From the NCBI GenBank assembly GCA_012720075.1, contig JAAXZE010000204.1, forward strand, positions 1-43,313: DNA of 43,313 nt, given 5' to 3'. This document shows, piece after piece, positions 18,520 through 28,808 of this stretch. The position numbers were made by a program, and so were the translations under genes. The DNA is from Clostridia bacterium. Its GTDB lineage: Bacteria; Bacillota; Peptococcia; Peptococcales; BICA1-8. The first letter of the stretch is position 1. The number at the start of each line of letters is the position of its first letter. The notes under the pieces were generated by a model that was not told where the DNA came from, made no database searches, and saw only the letters and a program-made list of their open reading frames with translations.

Positions 18520-21276
18520 ATGCTGAAAAAGGTCTTGAACATCAATGGTTTGCCCAGGACATTGATTGTAGACCCCGAAGCCAGTCTAGCTAAAGTATTG
18601 CGGGAACAGCTTCTCTTAACCGGCTGCAAAGTGGGCTGCAATCAGGGACATTGCGGAACGTGTTCTATCATCATGGATGGCGAGGTTGTTCGTTCTTGCA
18701 CCGTCAAAATGAAAAGGGTCCCCGACGAAGCCAGAATCACTACAATTGAAGGCTTGGCCACTCCTGATAACCTGCATCCGTTACAGGTGGCCTGGATGGC
18801 CCACGGCTGTGCTCAATGCGGTTTCTGCAGCCCTGGTTTTATCCTGTCGGCCAAAGTTCTTCTGGACAAAAACCCCAATCCTACCAGAGAAGAAGTTCGG
18901 GCTTGGTTCCAAAAGAATCGAAACGCCTGCCGTTGTACCGGCTACAAGCCATTAGTTGATGCCGTTATGGCTGCCGCCAAAGTAGTTCGCGGTGAAATGC
19001 GCAAGGAAGATTTGCTTTTCAAACCGGTAGGCAACAAAATCTACGGCACCACCTATCATCGTCCCTCCGCTCTGCAAAAAGTAACGGGAACCTGGGATTA
19101 TGGCGCCGATGTAAACCTGCAGATGCCTCCCGGAACCTTACGTCTGGCTTTGGTACAGGCAGAAGTATCTCATGCCATTATTAAAGGTATTGATACTTCT
19201 GAAGCAGAGAAAATGCCTGGAGTTTATAAAGTGATTACCCACAAAGACGTTAAAGGCAAAAACAGAATAACCGGTTTGATCACCTTCCCGACTAACAAAG
19301 GTGATGGCTGGGATCGGCCCATCCTTTGTGACGAGAAAGTATTCCAGTATGGTGACGCTATAGCCATTGTGGCTGCCGACACTGAAGAACACGCCCGGGC
19401 AGCGGCTAAAAAAGTAAAAGTTGATTTGGAAGTATTGCCGGCTTATATGAGCGCCCCTGCCGCTATGGAACCCGATGCCATTGAAATTCATCCCGGAACG
19501 CCTAATGTTTATTATGAACAAGGCATTGTCAAAGGTGAAGATACTAAGCCCATCATGGAAGATCCCGATGTGGTAACGGTAGAAGTCAATACTTACTGTA
19601 GCCGTCAGCCCCACCTGGTCTTGGAGCCTGACTGCGGTTGTGCCTATTTTGATGAAGAAGGTCGTTTGACCATTCACTCTAAGAGTATCGGTTTGCACTT
19701 GCATCACGCCATGATTTGCCCCGGTATCGGCATTGAACCGGAAAAATTACGGCTGGTGCAGAACCCGACCGGTGGTACCTTCGGTTACAAGTTTAGTCCC
19801 ACTAATGAAGCGTTATTGGGAGTAGCTGCATTAGCAACGGGAAGACCGGTAACCCTAAACTTTGATATGTACCAGAACATTACTTACACCGGTAAACGTT
19901 CACCGGGCTTTGTTAAATGTAAATTGGCCGCTAACAAAGAAGGAAAATTACTGGCTATGGAGACCGATTGGACTATTGACCACGGTCCCTACTCCGAATT
20001 TGGTGATTTATTGACATTAAGGCTGGCTCAGTTTATAGGTGCAGGGTATGACATTCCCAATATTCGAGGCAAAGGACGAACCGTATGTACCAACCATGCT
20101 TGGGGCTCGGCATTCCGCGCCTATGGTTCGCCGCAATCATTCCTGGCTTCGGAAATCGCCATGGATGAACTGGCCGAAAAATTGGGCATGGATCCCCTGG
20201 AACTCCGTTTGAAAAATGTTTATCGTCCTGGTTCAACAACTCCAACCCAACAAGAACCGGAAGTTTATTGCTTAGAAGAAATGCTTAACATACTGCGTCC
20301 TCGTTGGGAAGAAGCGAAAAAACGTTGTAAAGAGTTATCCACTCCGGAAAAGAAACGGGGTGTTGGTTTATCCATCGGTATGTACGGCTGCGGACTGGAC
20401 GGTCCCGATGGCTCTGAAGCATGGGTAGAGTTGACTAAAGACGGAGTTACCGTAGGTTGCAGTTGGGAAGATCATGGTCAAGGTGCAGACATAGGTGCGC
20501 TGACCCATGCCCATGAGACCCTGCGGCAGGCAGGTTTTAAACCGGAACAAATCAAGTTGGTCTTAAATGACATGGCCTATACTCCTAACAGCGGACCCGC
20601 CGGTGGAAGCCGTTCTAACGTAATGACCGGTAACGCTATTCGGGTAGGCTGCGAAATGTTACTAAACGCCATGCGTAAGCTTGACGGCACATTCCGTACT
20701 TATGAAGAAATGGTAGCAGAAAACATTCCTCTCCGCTATGAAGGAAAATGGGCTGCCTCCATGTGTACCCCCTGTGATCCTGAAACAGCTAAAGGTGAAC
20801 CATTCGGCAACTATGTTTACGAAGTATTTATGCCTGAAGTAGAAGTAGATATGAAAACCGGTAAAGTTACAGTGGTTAAATTCACAACCATTGTCGATGC
20901 CGGAGTAATTACCAATAGAACGGTTACAGACGGGCAAATTTACGGCGGCTTAGCCCAAGGTATTGGACTGGCTTTGAGCGAGGACTTTGAAGATCTGGAA
21001 AAACACACTAATTTAGTAAAATGCGGTCTCCCCTTTATCCAAGATGTTCCTGATGACATAGAAATAATCTATGTTGAGACTCCTCGGGCCACCGGACCAT
21101 ACGGCTCTTCCGGAATAGGCGAAGGTCCCTTGACTGCTCCGCATCCGGCCATATTAAATGCTATTTATAATGCCTGCGGTGTTCGGATTTACTCCGTACC
21201 TGCTTTGCCGGAAAAAGTCAAAGCCGGCTTGGAAGCTTTGGAAGCCAAAAAGAATGCTACAGCTGACAAAGAATAA
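18520..21276 (+). CDS. mop: Molybdopterin-dependent aldehyde oxidoreductase (Desulfovibrio Mop type, xanthine oxidase family, no FAD domain)
   Basis: 2x[2Fe-2S] motifs GCNQGHCGTC, AQCGFC, CRCTGY; GGTFGYK, AFRAYG, WEDHGQG, SGPAGGSR, GIGE (catalytic Glu). Confidence 0.93.
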   Translation: MLKKVLNINGLPRTLIVDPEASLAKVLREQLLLTGCKVGCNQGHCGTCSIIMDGEVVRSCTVKMKRVPDEARITTIEGLATPDNLHPLQVAWMAHGCAQCGFCSPGFILSAKVLLDKNPNPTREEVRAWFQKNRNACRCTGYKPLVDAVMAAAKVVRGEMRKEDLLFKPVGNKIYGTTYHRPSALQKVTGTWDYGADVNLQMPPGTLRLALVQAEVSHAIIKGIDTSEAEKMPGVYKVITHKDVKGKNRITGLITFPTNKGDGWDRPILCDEKVFQYGDAIAIVAADTEEHARAAAKKVKVDLEVLPAYMSAPAAMEPDAIEIHPGTPNVYYEQGIVKGEDTKPIMEDPDVVTVEVNTYCSRQPHLVLEPDCGCAYFDEEGRLTIHSKSIGLHLHHAMICPGIGIEPEKLRLVQNPTGGTFGYKFSPTNEALLGVAALATGRPVTLNFDMYQNITYTGKRSPGFVKCKLAANKEGKLLAMETDWTIDHGPYSEFGDLLTLRLAQFIGAGYDIPNIRGKGRTVCTNHAWGSAFRAYGSPQSFLASEIAMDELAEKLGMDPLELRLKNVYRPGSTTPTQQEPEVYCLEEMLNILRPRWEEAKKRCKELSTPEKKRGVGLSIGMYGCGLDGPDGSEAWVELTKDGVTVGCSWEDHGQGADIGALTHAHETLRQAGFKPEQIKLVLNDMAYTPNSGPAGGSRSNVMTGNAIRVGCEMLLNAMRKLDGTFRTYEEMVAENIPLRYEGKWAASMCTPCDPETAKGEPFGNYVYEVFMPEVEVDMKTGKVTVVKFTTIVDAGVITNRTVTDGQIYGGLAQGIGLALSEDFEDLEKHTNLVKCGLPFIQDVPDDIEIIYVETPRATGPYGSSGIGEGPLTAPHPAILNAIYNACGVRIYSVPALPEKVKAGLEALEAKKNATADKE

Positions 21277-21296
21277 TTTATAAAAAAATTATTAAT

Positions 21297-21346
21297 AAAC
21301 CTAAAACGAAATGAATGTTCTTTCATTTCGTTTTAGGTTTCCTTTT
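21297..21346 (+). terminator. Long intra-operon hairpin after mop
   Basis: Perfect 19-bp stem 21297-21315/21322-21340, then CCTTTT. Confidence 0.7.
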
Positions 21347-21435
21347 AAAAGAACAAATTTAGTCAGAAATTAGTTATGGTGAAAGGTTATCCAGAAGGAG
21401 TATTACCACCCATTAATAAAGAAAGGGGGAAAAAA

Positions 21436-23766
21436 ATGGATCAAAACTTGTTACGCCAGCGGGAAGCCAAGTGTGTTCAAGAAGAACCCCCTGGATGTAC
21501 TACTGCTTGTCCTGTCCATGTAGATGTTCGGGGAATAGTGGATGCCATTAGAAAAAATGATTATAAAACAGGTTTATTGTTATTCAATAAAGTGGTGCCT
21601 TTTCCGCGGATTATCAGCAGGATCTGCGACCAAGTTTGTCAAAAGGGCTGTAAGCGAAAGGAAATTGACGAGGCAATTGCTGTCAATGCTTTAGAAAGAA
21701 TTTGTGTTGATAACATGGGAGAACCCAAGGCCAGTTCTATGGCAATAAAAGCCAAAAAGGATAGGGTAGCGGTAATAGGCGGCGGCCTTAGTGGGTTAAC
21801 GGCCGCATTGGAATTGGCCAAAAAGGGGTATCTGGTAGTACTTTATGAAGCCACGGACCGTTTAGGAGGAAGCCTTTGGCATACTCCCGAAGAAAAACTG
21901 CCGCGGCGATTGATAGAAGATGATTTTATCCAACTCAAAAATAATCCTTTTATTGAAATAATCTACAACACCCCAATTAGCAATGACCGGAGCTCAAATC
22001 CCGCTTTTGACAGTATCTGCGCTGATTTTTCCGCAGTTTATTTAGGGATAGGTAGTAAAGAGGTCCTTTCTTTGAATTTAGGTCTTGATGTTGACCAAGA
22101 GGGCAAGGTGGTAATTGATCCCTTAACCTTGCAAACCAGTCATCCTAAAGTCTTTGCCGGCGGCAGCCTTTATCTTGGCGAAAAGGGAAAATCGCCTATA
22201 ACCTCCATATCCCATGGAAAAATTGCCGCCAATTCCATTGACAGACTTTTGCAAAAAGCTTCTTTAACGGCCAACCGGGATAAAGAAGGCAGCTATCCCA
22301 CCCTTCTTTATACTAATGTAAAGGGGATAGAACCCCAGGAAGCAGTAAAATGTTCAGACCCAATTAAGGGTTATAACAGGGAAGAGGCCTTAAAAGAGGC
22401 CCAACGCTGTATAATGTGTGAATGTCTGGAATGTGTAAAAGTTTGTGAATACCTGGCCCATTACCGTTCATATCCCAAACGTTATGTCCGGGAAGTATAT
22501 AATAACCTATCCATTGTAATGGGCATTCACCACGCTAATAAAATGATAAATTCCTGCAGCCTGTGCGGTTTGTGTGAAGAAGTGTGTCCCAACGGATTAA
22601 ATATGGGGGAAATATGCCAGGAAGCCAGGCGGATAATGGTAAAAAGAGGCAAGATGCCGCCATCGGCTTATGATTTTGCCTTAAGGGATATGGCTTTTAG
22701 CACCGGCGAAAAGTTTGTCTTAAATAAACATCAACCGGGTTTTAATGTTAGCAGAATGGTTTTCTTTCCAGGATGCCAGCTTAGTGGTTCATCTCCCCAG
22801 TATGTAAGAAAAATTTATAAATACCTCTGCGAAAAAATTGACGGTGGTGTCGGTCTCAGTCTGGGCTGCTGCGGTGCTCCCGCTGACTGGGCAGGTCAGG
22901 AAGAGTTATTTTCGGAAAACCTGGAAAATATCAAAAGTCGTTGGCTGGAGCTAGGAAAGCCGAAAATTATCACCGCTTGTCCTACCTGTTTCAAAATATT
23001 TAAGGAGCGGTTGCCCCAAGCAGAAGTGGATTATATTTGGCGTATTTTTGAACAGTATGGTCTGCCGCCCATGGCTAAGAGTGAACCTAGAAAACTGGTA
23101 ATCCATGATGCTTGTACGACCAGGCATGAAGACTGCTTGCATGAAAGCATTAGAAATATTTTGCTAAAATTAGGGCACCAAATAGAAGAACTGGAAAACA
23201 GTCGCCAGACTACCGGGTGTTGCGGCTACGGGGGATTAATGATGTTTGCCAACAGGGAGTTGGCTCAACAAGTGGTAGACCGGCGGATCAAGGAAAACCA
23301 GGCTGATTATCTGGTATACTGTGCCATGTGCCGGGATAATTTTGTCGCCCAAGGGAAAAAAACCTATCACCTGCTGGATTTAATTTTTGGAGAAAATGAA
23401 CAGGATCGTGCCCGGCAATTGGGACCGGATTTTTCTCAAAGGCATGAAAACAGGGCCAGGTGTAAGATTGCCTTCCTTAAGGAGATTTGGGGTGAAAATG
23501 TGGCTGAGGAGAAAATGGATATTAAGCTGATTATTCCTGAAGAAGCAAGAAGAATTTTAGACGACAGAAGAATTCTGATTGAAGACGTCGCTAAAGTCAT
23601 TCAGTATGCGGAAGAAACCGGCAATCGTTTAAAAGATACTTTGACCGGTCGTTATATTGCTTACTTTAAACCTGTTGCGGTAACTTACTGGGTGGAATAT
23701 TCTCCTCAGGAAGAGGGCTTTTTAGTGCATAACGCTTATAGTCATAGGTTGGAAATAAGTGGATAG
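21436..23766 (+). CDS. Fe-S flavoprotein: GltD-like N-terminus + ferredoxin dicluster + two CCG domains
   Basis: CTTACPVH, ICDQVCQKGC, IGGGLSG, CIMCECLECVKVC, CSLCGLCEEVCP, GCCG, GCCGYGG; RBS AGGGGG favours ATG 21436. Confidence 0.85.
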   Translation: MDQNLLRQREAKCVQEEPPGCTTACPVHVDVRGIVDAIRKNDYKTGLLLFNKVVPFPRIISRICDQVCQKGCKRKEIDEAIAVNALERICVDNMGEPKASSMAIKAKKDRVAVIGGGLSGLTAALELAKKGYLVVLYEATDRLGGSLWHTPEEKLPRRLIEDDFIQLKNNPFIEIIYNTPISNDRSSNPAFDSICADFSAVYLGIGSKEVLSLNLGLDVDQEGKVVIDPLTLQTSHPKVFAGGSLYLGEKGKSPITSISHGKIAANSIDRLLQKASLTANRDKEGSYPTLLYTNVKGIEPQEAVKCSDPIKGYNREEALKEAQRCIMCECLECVKVCEYLAHYRSYPKRYVREVYNNLSIVMGIHHANKMINSCSLCGLCEEVCPNGLNMGEICQEARRIMVKRGKMPPSAYDFALRDMAFSTGEKFVLNKHQPGFNVSRMVFFPGCQLSGSSPQYVRKIYKYLCEKIDGGVGLSLGCCGAPADWAGQEELFSENLENIKSRWLELGKPKIITACPTCFKIFKERLPQAEVDYIWRIFEQYGLPPMAKSEPRKLVIHDACTTRHEDCLHESIRNILLKLGHQIEELENSRQTTGCCGYGGLMMFANRELAQQVVDRRIKENQADYLVYCAMCRDNFVAQGKKTYHLLDLIFGENEQDRARQLGPDFSQRHENRARCKIAFLKEIWGENVAEEKMDIKLIIPEEARRILDDRRILIEDVAKVIQYAEETGNRLKDTLTGRYIAYFKPVAVTYWVEYSPQEEGFLVHNAYSHRLEISG

Positions 23767-23777
23767 GGGCGAGAAAG

Positions 23778-23984
23778 ATGAACAAAGAAAACAAGCAGCA
23801 AATTAATATTATTTGTGATAAATGCGGTATTCCTCTTACGCCGGGAAAGGTTACCTTATCCTATTTAGGCAGCAGTTTTCCTGTTGAACTGCCTAAATGC
23901 TCCCAATGCGGGCTGGTGTTTATCCCTGAAGAATTGGCCCGAGGCAAAATGGATCAGGTAGAAAAAGCGCTGGAAGATAAATAA
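23778..23984 (+). CDS. Small 2xCxxC redox/zinc-ribbon protein (DVU_1557-like)
   Basis: CDKC...CSQC, ends VEKALEDK; operon position. Confidence 0.82.
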   Translation: MNKENKQQINIICDKCGIPLTPGKVTLSYLGSSFPVELPKCSQCGLVFIPEELARGKMDQVEKALEDK

Positions 23985-24003
23985 TTGGGAGCGGTTAAGG
24001 TTT

Positions 24004-24684
24004 ATGAAACTTATAGACGGAGTTTTGCGTCCGGGGGGACTGGAAATTACCCAAAGACTTTTAGAATATTGCCAATTTAAATCCGGTGACAGGGTGGTTG
24101 ATTTAGGCTGCGGTGTAGGTACCACTGTGGAGTACCTCCGAAATGTCCATTGCCTGGAAGCAAGGGGTATTGATTTGTCCAAAGAAGCGGTGGAAGCGGG
24201 AAAAAATCGCTGTCCTGATTTGCCGTTAATAGAAGCTTCTGCTGAGGCACTGCCTTTTGTTAACCATTCCCTGGATGGTGTTCTGGCGGAATGCAGTTTA
24301 TCGGTAATGCAATATAATAGCAGGGTCCTGGCGGAAATTAATCGAGTTCTGGTAAAAGGGGGAAAATTGGCCGTTTCTGATTTGTATATTCGGGATGAAG
24401 GTACTCATTCACCATCATGGTTGGGAAAGGAAATTAATTGTCTGACCGGAGCAAAAAATTATGCTCAGTTAGAACAGATTTTAAAAAACCATAATTTTAA
24501 GATTTTGGTTTGGGAAGACCGGTCGGAATGCTTAAAAGAGTTTGTGGTTCGCTGCATAATGGAATACGGTTCAATAGAAGGATTTTGTCCATGGTGTTCC
24601 AAGGGGGATAACGACGGTCAGACTTCTCCCTTGAAAAAATCTTCAATAGGATATTTTTTGCTGGTGGCCCAAAAAACCGACTAA
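24004..24684 (+). CDS. Class I SAM-dependent methyltransferase (DVU_1556-like)
   Basis: LRPGGLEIT, VVDLGCGVG, AEALPF, LAECSLS. Confidence 0.87.
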   Translation: MKLIDGVLRPGGLEITQRLLEYCQFKSGDRVVDLGCGVGTTVEYLRNVHCLEARGIDLSKEAVEAGKNRCPDLPLIEASAEALPFVNHSLDGVLAECSLSVMQYNSRVLAEINRVLVKGGKLAVSDLYIRDEGTHSPSWLGKEINCLTGAKNYAQLEQILKNHNFKILVWEDRSECLKEFVVRCIMEYGSIEGFCPWCSKGDNDGQTSPLKKSSIGYFLLVAQKTD

Positions 24685-24732
24685 AGGCCTGAAATGGAAA
24701 ATTAAAGAGTATTGGGGAGGTAAGCGCGGACA

Positions 24733-25185
24733 ATGATGAATGAGGAGTTCTTTCGGATGGTAGAACTGTCCTACCAGGGCTTTTATTGCAGTCAAATATT
24801 AATAATGGACGCCTTGGAAAACCTCAACAAAAGTAACGAAGATTTGGTTCGAGCCATGGCCGGACTGGCGGGAGGAATCGGCTTTTCCGGAAAAAACTGC
24901 GGTTCCCTTACCGGGGGGGCTTGTGTACTGGCCTTGTATGCCGGGAAAGGTTCTCCTCAGGAGAAGGAAGACCCACGGCTCAATTTAATGATAAGTGAGC
25001 TGGTTCAATGGTTTGAAGAGGAGTGGGGAAAAACTTACGGCAGTATTGATTGCCAGGATATCCTGGAAGATAATCCCCAAAACAGGCTGCAGCGCTGCCC
25101 GCAGATAATTTTCCAAACTAATGAAAAAATCAAAGAAATACTTACCGCCAATGGATATAATTTGTCAGGAGAATTGGAGGAATAG
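24733..25185 (+). CDS. C-GCAxxG-C-C family putative redox protein (DVU_1555-like)
   Basis: FYCSQ, GLAGGIG, CGSLTGG, GSIDC, RC pattern. Confidence 0.82.
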   Translation: MMNEEFFRMVELSYQGFYCSQILIMDALENLNKSNEDLVRAMAGLAGGIGFSGKNCGSLTGGACVLALYAGKGSPQEKEDPRLNLMISELVQWFEEEWGKTYGSIDCQDILEDNPQNRLQRCPQIIFQTNEKIKEILTANGYNLSGELEE

Positions 25186-25186
25186 T

Positions 25187-26248
25187 ATGAATAAACTGTG
25201 GGAACAAATGGTAAACCTTTTATCCTCAGGAAAAAGTTTTGTTGTAGCAACCCTATTTGATAAATCGGGTTCCGCTCCCCGTGTCTCCGGCGCCAAGATG
25301 ATAATTAAAAGCGACGGCTCAATTGCGGGAACCATAGGCGGCGGTAGATTGGAAGGGGAAATAAGGGAATTGGCCAAAGATATTTTTGAAACTAAACGTC
25401 CCCAGATCCGACTTATCAGCCTGACGGGAGCCGATGCAGCCCAGATGGAGATGATTTGCGGCGGAACGGTGAAAGTTTTGGTAGATTATATTGAAGCCTT
25501 GGATCCGGTAAACCTGGAAATCTGCAGGGATATTGTCGATGTTATTAATAATAGGGGAAAGGCATGGTTAATAACTGCCTTAGGTACGGAAGGCCACAAT
25601 AAGGATAAAATACAGCGGTGTCTGGTAAAAGAAAATGATGCCTTGATCGGACAATTGGACTGTGACCAGGAGTTTTTAAAGAAGCTTATTTCCGGTCCGG
25701 CTAAAATAAGTATCCATTCGGAAACTTTAGAAGATCAGCGCATTTTTGTCGAACCAATACAAATAACCAAAACATTGTATATTTTCGGCGCCGGGCATGT
25801 TGCTCAACAAATTGCGCCGCTGGCGGAAAAGGTTGGTTTTAAGACCGTTGTCCTTGATGACCGGCAGGAATACGCCAATAAAGAGCGTTTCCCGGGTTCC
25901 GAAATAATTTTATTGGAATCTTTAGCCGACCCTCTGCCCCAATTGGATATTGACGAGGACAGTTACTTGTGCATAGTGACCAGGGGCCATCTCCATGATA
26001 AAAGGGTTTTAGAACAGGTGTTAAGAACTCCTGCTGCTTATATCGGTATGATCGGCAGTACAAGAAAACGGGATAAAGTTTATGAAAAACTGGAAGAACA
26101 GGGCTTTACTAAAGAAGAATTAAGGCGGGTCCATAGTCCCATCGGCCTTGAGATTCTGGCGGAAACTCCGGAAGAGATTGCGGTAAGCATTGTTGCCGAG
26201 TTAATTAAAGTGCGGGCGGAAAAAGAAAAATGTCAAAAGAAAAATTAG
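25187..26248 (+). CDS. xdhC: XdhC/CoxI-family Moco chaperone
   Basis: GSAPR, GTIGGG, MICGG, FGAGHVA, VTRGHLHD, YIGMIGS, SPIGL..AETPEEIAVSI; RBS GGAGG before ATG 25187. Confidence 0.9.
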   Translation: MNKLWEQMVNLLSSGKSFVVATLFDKSGSAPRVSGAKMIIKSDGSIAGTIGGGRLEGEIRELAKDIFETKRPQIRLISLTGADAAQMEMICGGTVKVLVDYIEALDPVNLEICRDIVDVINNRGKAWLITALGTEGHNKDKIQRCLVKENDALIGQLDCDQEFLKKLISGPAKISIHSETLEDQRIFVEPIQITKTLYIFGAGHVAQQIAPLAEKVGFKTVVLDDRQEYANKERFPGSEIILLESLADPLPQLDIDEDSYLCIVTRGHLHDKRVLEQVLRTPAAYIGMIGSTRKRDKVYEKLEEQGFTKEELRRVHSPIGLEILAETPEEIAVSIVAELIKVRAEKEKCQKKN

Positions 26249-27363
26249 CGGCTTTAATATTAGCCGCCGGCTATTCATCACGAATGGGGGAGTTTAAACC
26301 TTTGCTTCCTTTAAACGGTGAACCGGTAATTGCCCGGACCGTTTCCTGTTTTCGTGCCGCAGGCATTACCGATGTTAGAGTTGTGGCAGGCTACCGGGCC
26401 AATGATTTATTGCCCCTATTGAATAGGTTGGGAGTAAAAACAATAATTAATGAAAAATTTGATTGCGGCATGTTTTCTTCAGTCCTGACCGGTCTACAGA
26501 CTTTTGACAGTGAGCTGGAAGGTTTCTTTTTAATGCCCGGGGACATACCCCGGGTTAAAAGTCAGACCATAGAGACACTTATTGCAAAATATAAACAGTC
26601 CGACTACCGTGTTTTTTATCCCACATATCAAGGCAGGCGGGGTCATCCCCCTTTAATTACCAGGCCTTGCTTTAGCCGGATTTCGGCCCAGGATTATTCC
26701 GGAAACCTGCGCTTGGTGCTGCAGGAATTTGAAAATGAGTCTTGTGATGTTGAATGTACTGATGAAGGGGTTTTAATGGATATGGATACCCCGGAAGACT
26801 ATCAAAAAATTATCGGGGCGGCATTAAAAAATAAGATACCGACAGTTTCCGATTGTCAGCGGTTGTTCTCCCGGTATCAAGTGCCCGAAGGGATAATGAG
26901 GCACGGCCGGGCTGTAGCCGATGGAGCCCAAAAAATAGCCCGGCATTTGAATGAACGGAGAGGCTTTATGCTGGATATTGAGCTCATAACTGCCGCCGGG
27001 CTGCTCCATGATATTGCCAAGGGCCAGCCCAACCATGCTCAAAAGGGGGCAGCCATTCTTGTGGAAGAAGGTTTTCCGGCTGTGGCCCAGGTAGTAGAGG
27101 CCCATATGGACTTAAGTATCGATTATGGGAAGGACCATCCAATAGATGAAAAAGCGATTATTTACTTAGTAGATAAAATTATTCACCAAGAAGATATTGG
27201 AAGTATTGAAGGACGATTTTCTAAGGCTTTTGAAAAATATGCTGACAATGAAGAAATTCTGCAAAATATTAAAAAGAGACAAGAACAGGCCCTTTTTCTT
27301 AAAGAGAGAATTGAAGATTTATTAGATATTGAAAATTTATATTCGTTTTTAGCAAAAAAATAG
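26230..27363 (+). CDS. MocA-like NTP transferase fused to an HD domain (DVU_1551-like)
   Basis: LILAAGYSSRMG..KPLL, MPGDIP, GHPP, DMDTPEDY; then RHG...LLHDIAK. Confidence 0.88.
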   Translation: MSKEKLAALILAAGYSSRMGEFKPLLPLNGEPVIARTVSCFRAAGITDVRVVAGYRANDLLPLLNRLGVKTIINEKFDCGMFSSVLTGLQTFDSELEGFFLMPGDIPRVKSQTIETLIAKYKQSDYRVFYPTYQGRRGHPPLITRPCFSRISAQDYSGNLRLVLQEFENESCDVECTDEGVLMDMDTPEDYQKIIGAALKNKIPTVSDCQRLFSRYQVPEGIMRHGRAVADGAQKIARHLNERRGFMLDIELITAAGLLHDIAKGQPNHAQKGAAILVEEGFPAVAQVVEAHMDLSIDYGKDHPIDEKAIIYLVDKIIHQEDIGSIEGRFSKAFEKYADNEEILQNIKKRQEQALFLKERIEDLLDIENLYSFLAKK

Positions 27364-27409
27364 TTTTGTCTCTGAAAACAGGCCAAGTTTTTTATAAAGG
27401 AGTAAAGCT

Positions 27410-28798
27410 ATGGCAAAAGAGATCATTTTGGGAAATACCGAAAGTGTTTGCCCCCAATGCTTAAAAAGGATTCCTGCTCAAAAGGTTATTGTTGGTGCAG
27501 ACGTATATTTAACAAAAGAATGTCCGGAGCACGGCAAATTTCGGGTTCTGATTTGGAAGGGCAGTGAGCCGCCTTATGCTGATTGGGCCAATACAAAGGT
27601 GCCTGCAGCACCAAAAGTGTGTTTAACCAAAGTTGAGCAGGGTTGCCCCTTTGATTGTGGTCTTTGTCCGGAGCATCGGCGGGATACTTGCTGCTTGCTG
27701 CTGGAGGTGACTAAGGGTTGTAACCTCCATTGTCCCATTTGTTTTGCCGATGCCGATAAGGCTTGTGACAGCGACCCCGATTTGCAGGAAATTGAAAGCT
27801 GGTATAAAAGCCTATCAGAAAACGGTCTTCCTTATAATATTCAGATTTCCGGAGGGGAACCAACCGTAAGGGATGACTTGCCCCAAATAATTAAGCTTGG
27901 CCGGAAATATGGTTTTTCTTACATCCAGTTAAATACCAACGGTTTGCGGATGGGACGTGAACCCCGTTTTGTAAAACAGCTTAAGGAGGCCGGTCTAAGC
28001 TCCGTATTTTTGCAGTTTGACGGAACTAATGATGAAATTTATAAACAAATACGGGGGAAGGCTTTATTGGATGTAAAAACTGCGGCCGTGGAAAACTGCG
28101 CTAAAGAGGGGATTGGGGTAGTTCTTGTGCCCACCCTGGTTCCCGGTGTTAATATGGATAATATCGGAGAGATTATCAACTTTGCTGTTTCCTGTATGCC
28201 TGCTGTAAGAGGAGTCCATTTTCAGCCCATAAGCTATTTCGGCCGTTATCCCATGAGTCCTCCAGAGACCCGAATAACCATCCCGGAAATATTACGAGCT
28301 ATCGAAAATCAGACTAACGGTAAAATTAAGGCCGCCAATTTTCTGCCCCCTGGAGCGGAAAATGCCTACTGCTCTTTTCACGGCAATTTTATTTTAACTG
28401 AAGAAGGAGAACTTAAACCCTGGAACTCTTTGCAATCCGGTAAATCATGTTGTCAGCCTATAGATGCCAGAGAAGGGGTAAATAAATCCAGGGATTTTGT
28501 GGCAAGACAATGGGCGGGTCCCGGAAATCCGACTTTGGAAAACGGCTGTGGCTGCTCCTGCCCAAATCAAATAGATGAGTTGTCTGAAATAAATGTGGAT
28601 AGTCTGGATCGGTTTTTGACCCGGGTTCGGGATTTTACCCTGGCTATTTCGGGAATGGCCTTCCAGGATGCTTGGTCCCTGGATCTGGACCGCCTGCGGG
28701 ACTGCATTGTTCATGTCTTTAGTGCTGATAAAAGAATTATTCCTTTTTGCGCTTATAATCTAACGGCGCAAAACGGCAACAGCCTTTATCGTAAATAG
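27410..28798 (+). CDS. trsS: Radical SAM protein (TrsS-like, Cys form)
   Basis: CNLHCPIC, SGGEPT, NTNG; N-terminal CPQC, CPEHG, CPFDCGLCPEH; C-terminal IIPFCAYN. Confidence 0.85.
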   Translation: MAKEIILGNTESVCPQCLKRIPAQKVIVGADVYLTKECPEHGKFRVLIWKGSEPPYADWANTKVPAAPKVCLTKVEQGCPFDCGLCPEHRRDTCCLLLEVTKGCNLHCPICFADADKACDSDPDLQEIESWYKSLSENGLPYNIQISGGEPTVRDDLPQIIKLGRKYGFSYIQLNTNGLRMGREPRFVKQLKEAGLSSVFLQFDGTNDEIYKQIRGKALLDVKTAAVENCAKEGIGVVLVPTLVPGVNMDNIGEIINFAVSCMPAVRGVHFQPISYFGRYPMSPPETRITIPEILRAIENQTNGKIKAANFLPPGAENAYCSFHGNFILTEEGELKPWNSLQSGKSCCQPIDAREGVNKSRDFVARQWAGPGNPTLENGCGCSCPNQIDELSEINVDSLDRFLTRVRDFTLAISGMAFQDAWSLDLDRLRDCIVHVFSADKRIIPFCAYNLTAQNGNSLYRK

Positions 28799-28808
28799 AG
28801 GTGGAGTA

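Noticed and set aside
19138-19707. 189-aa antisense ORF and other shadow ORFs in the track
   Set aside because: Lie opposite or inside well-supported genes and show no motifs; expected from codon bias.
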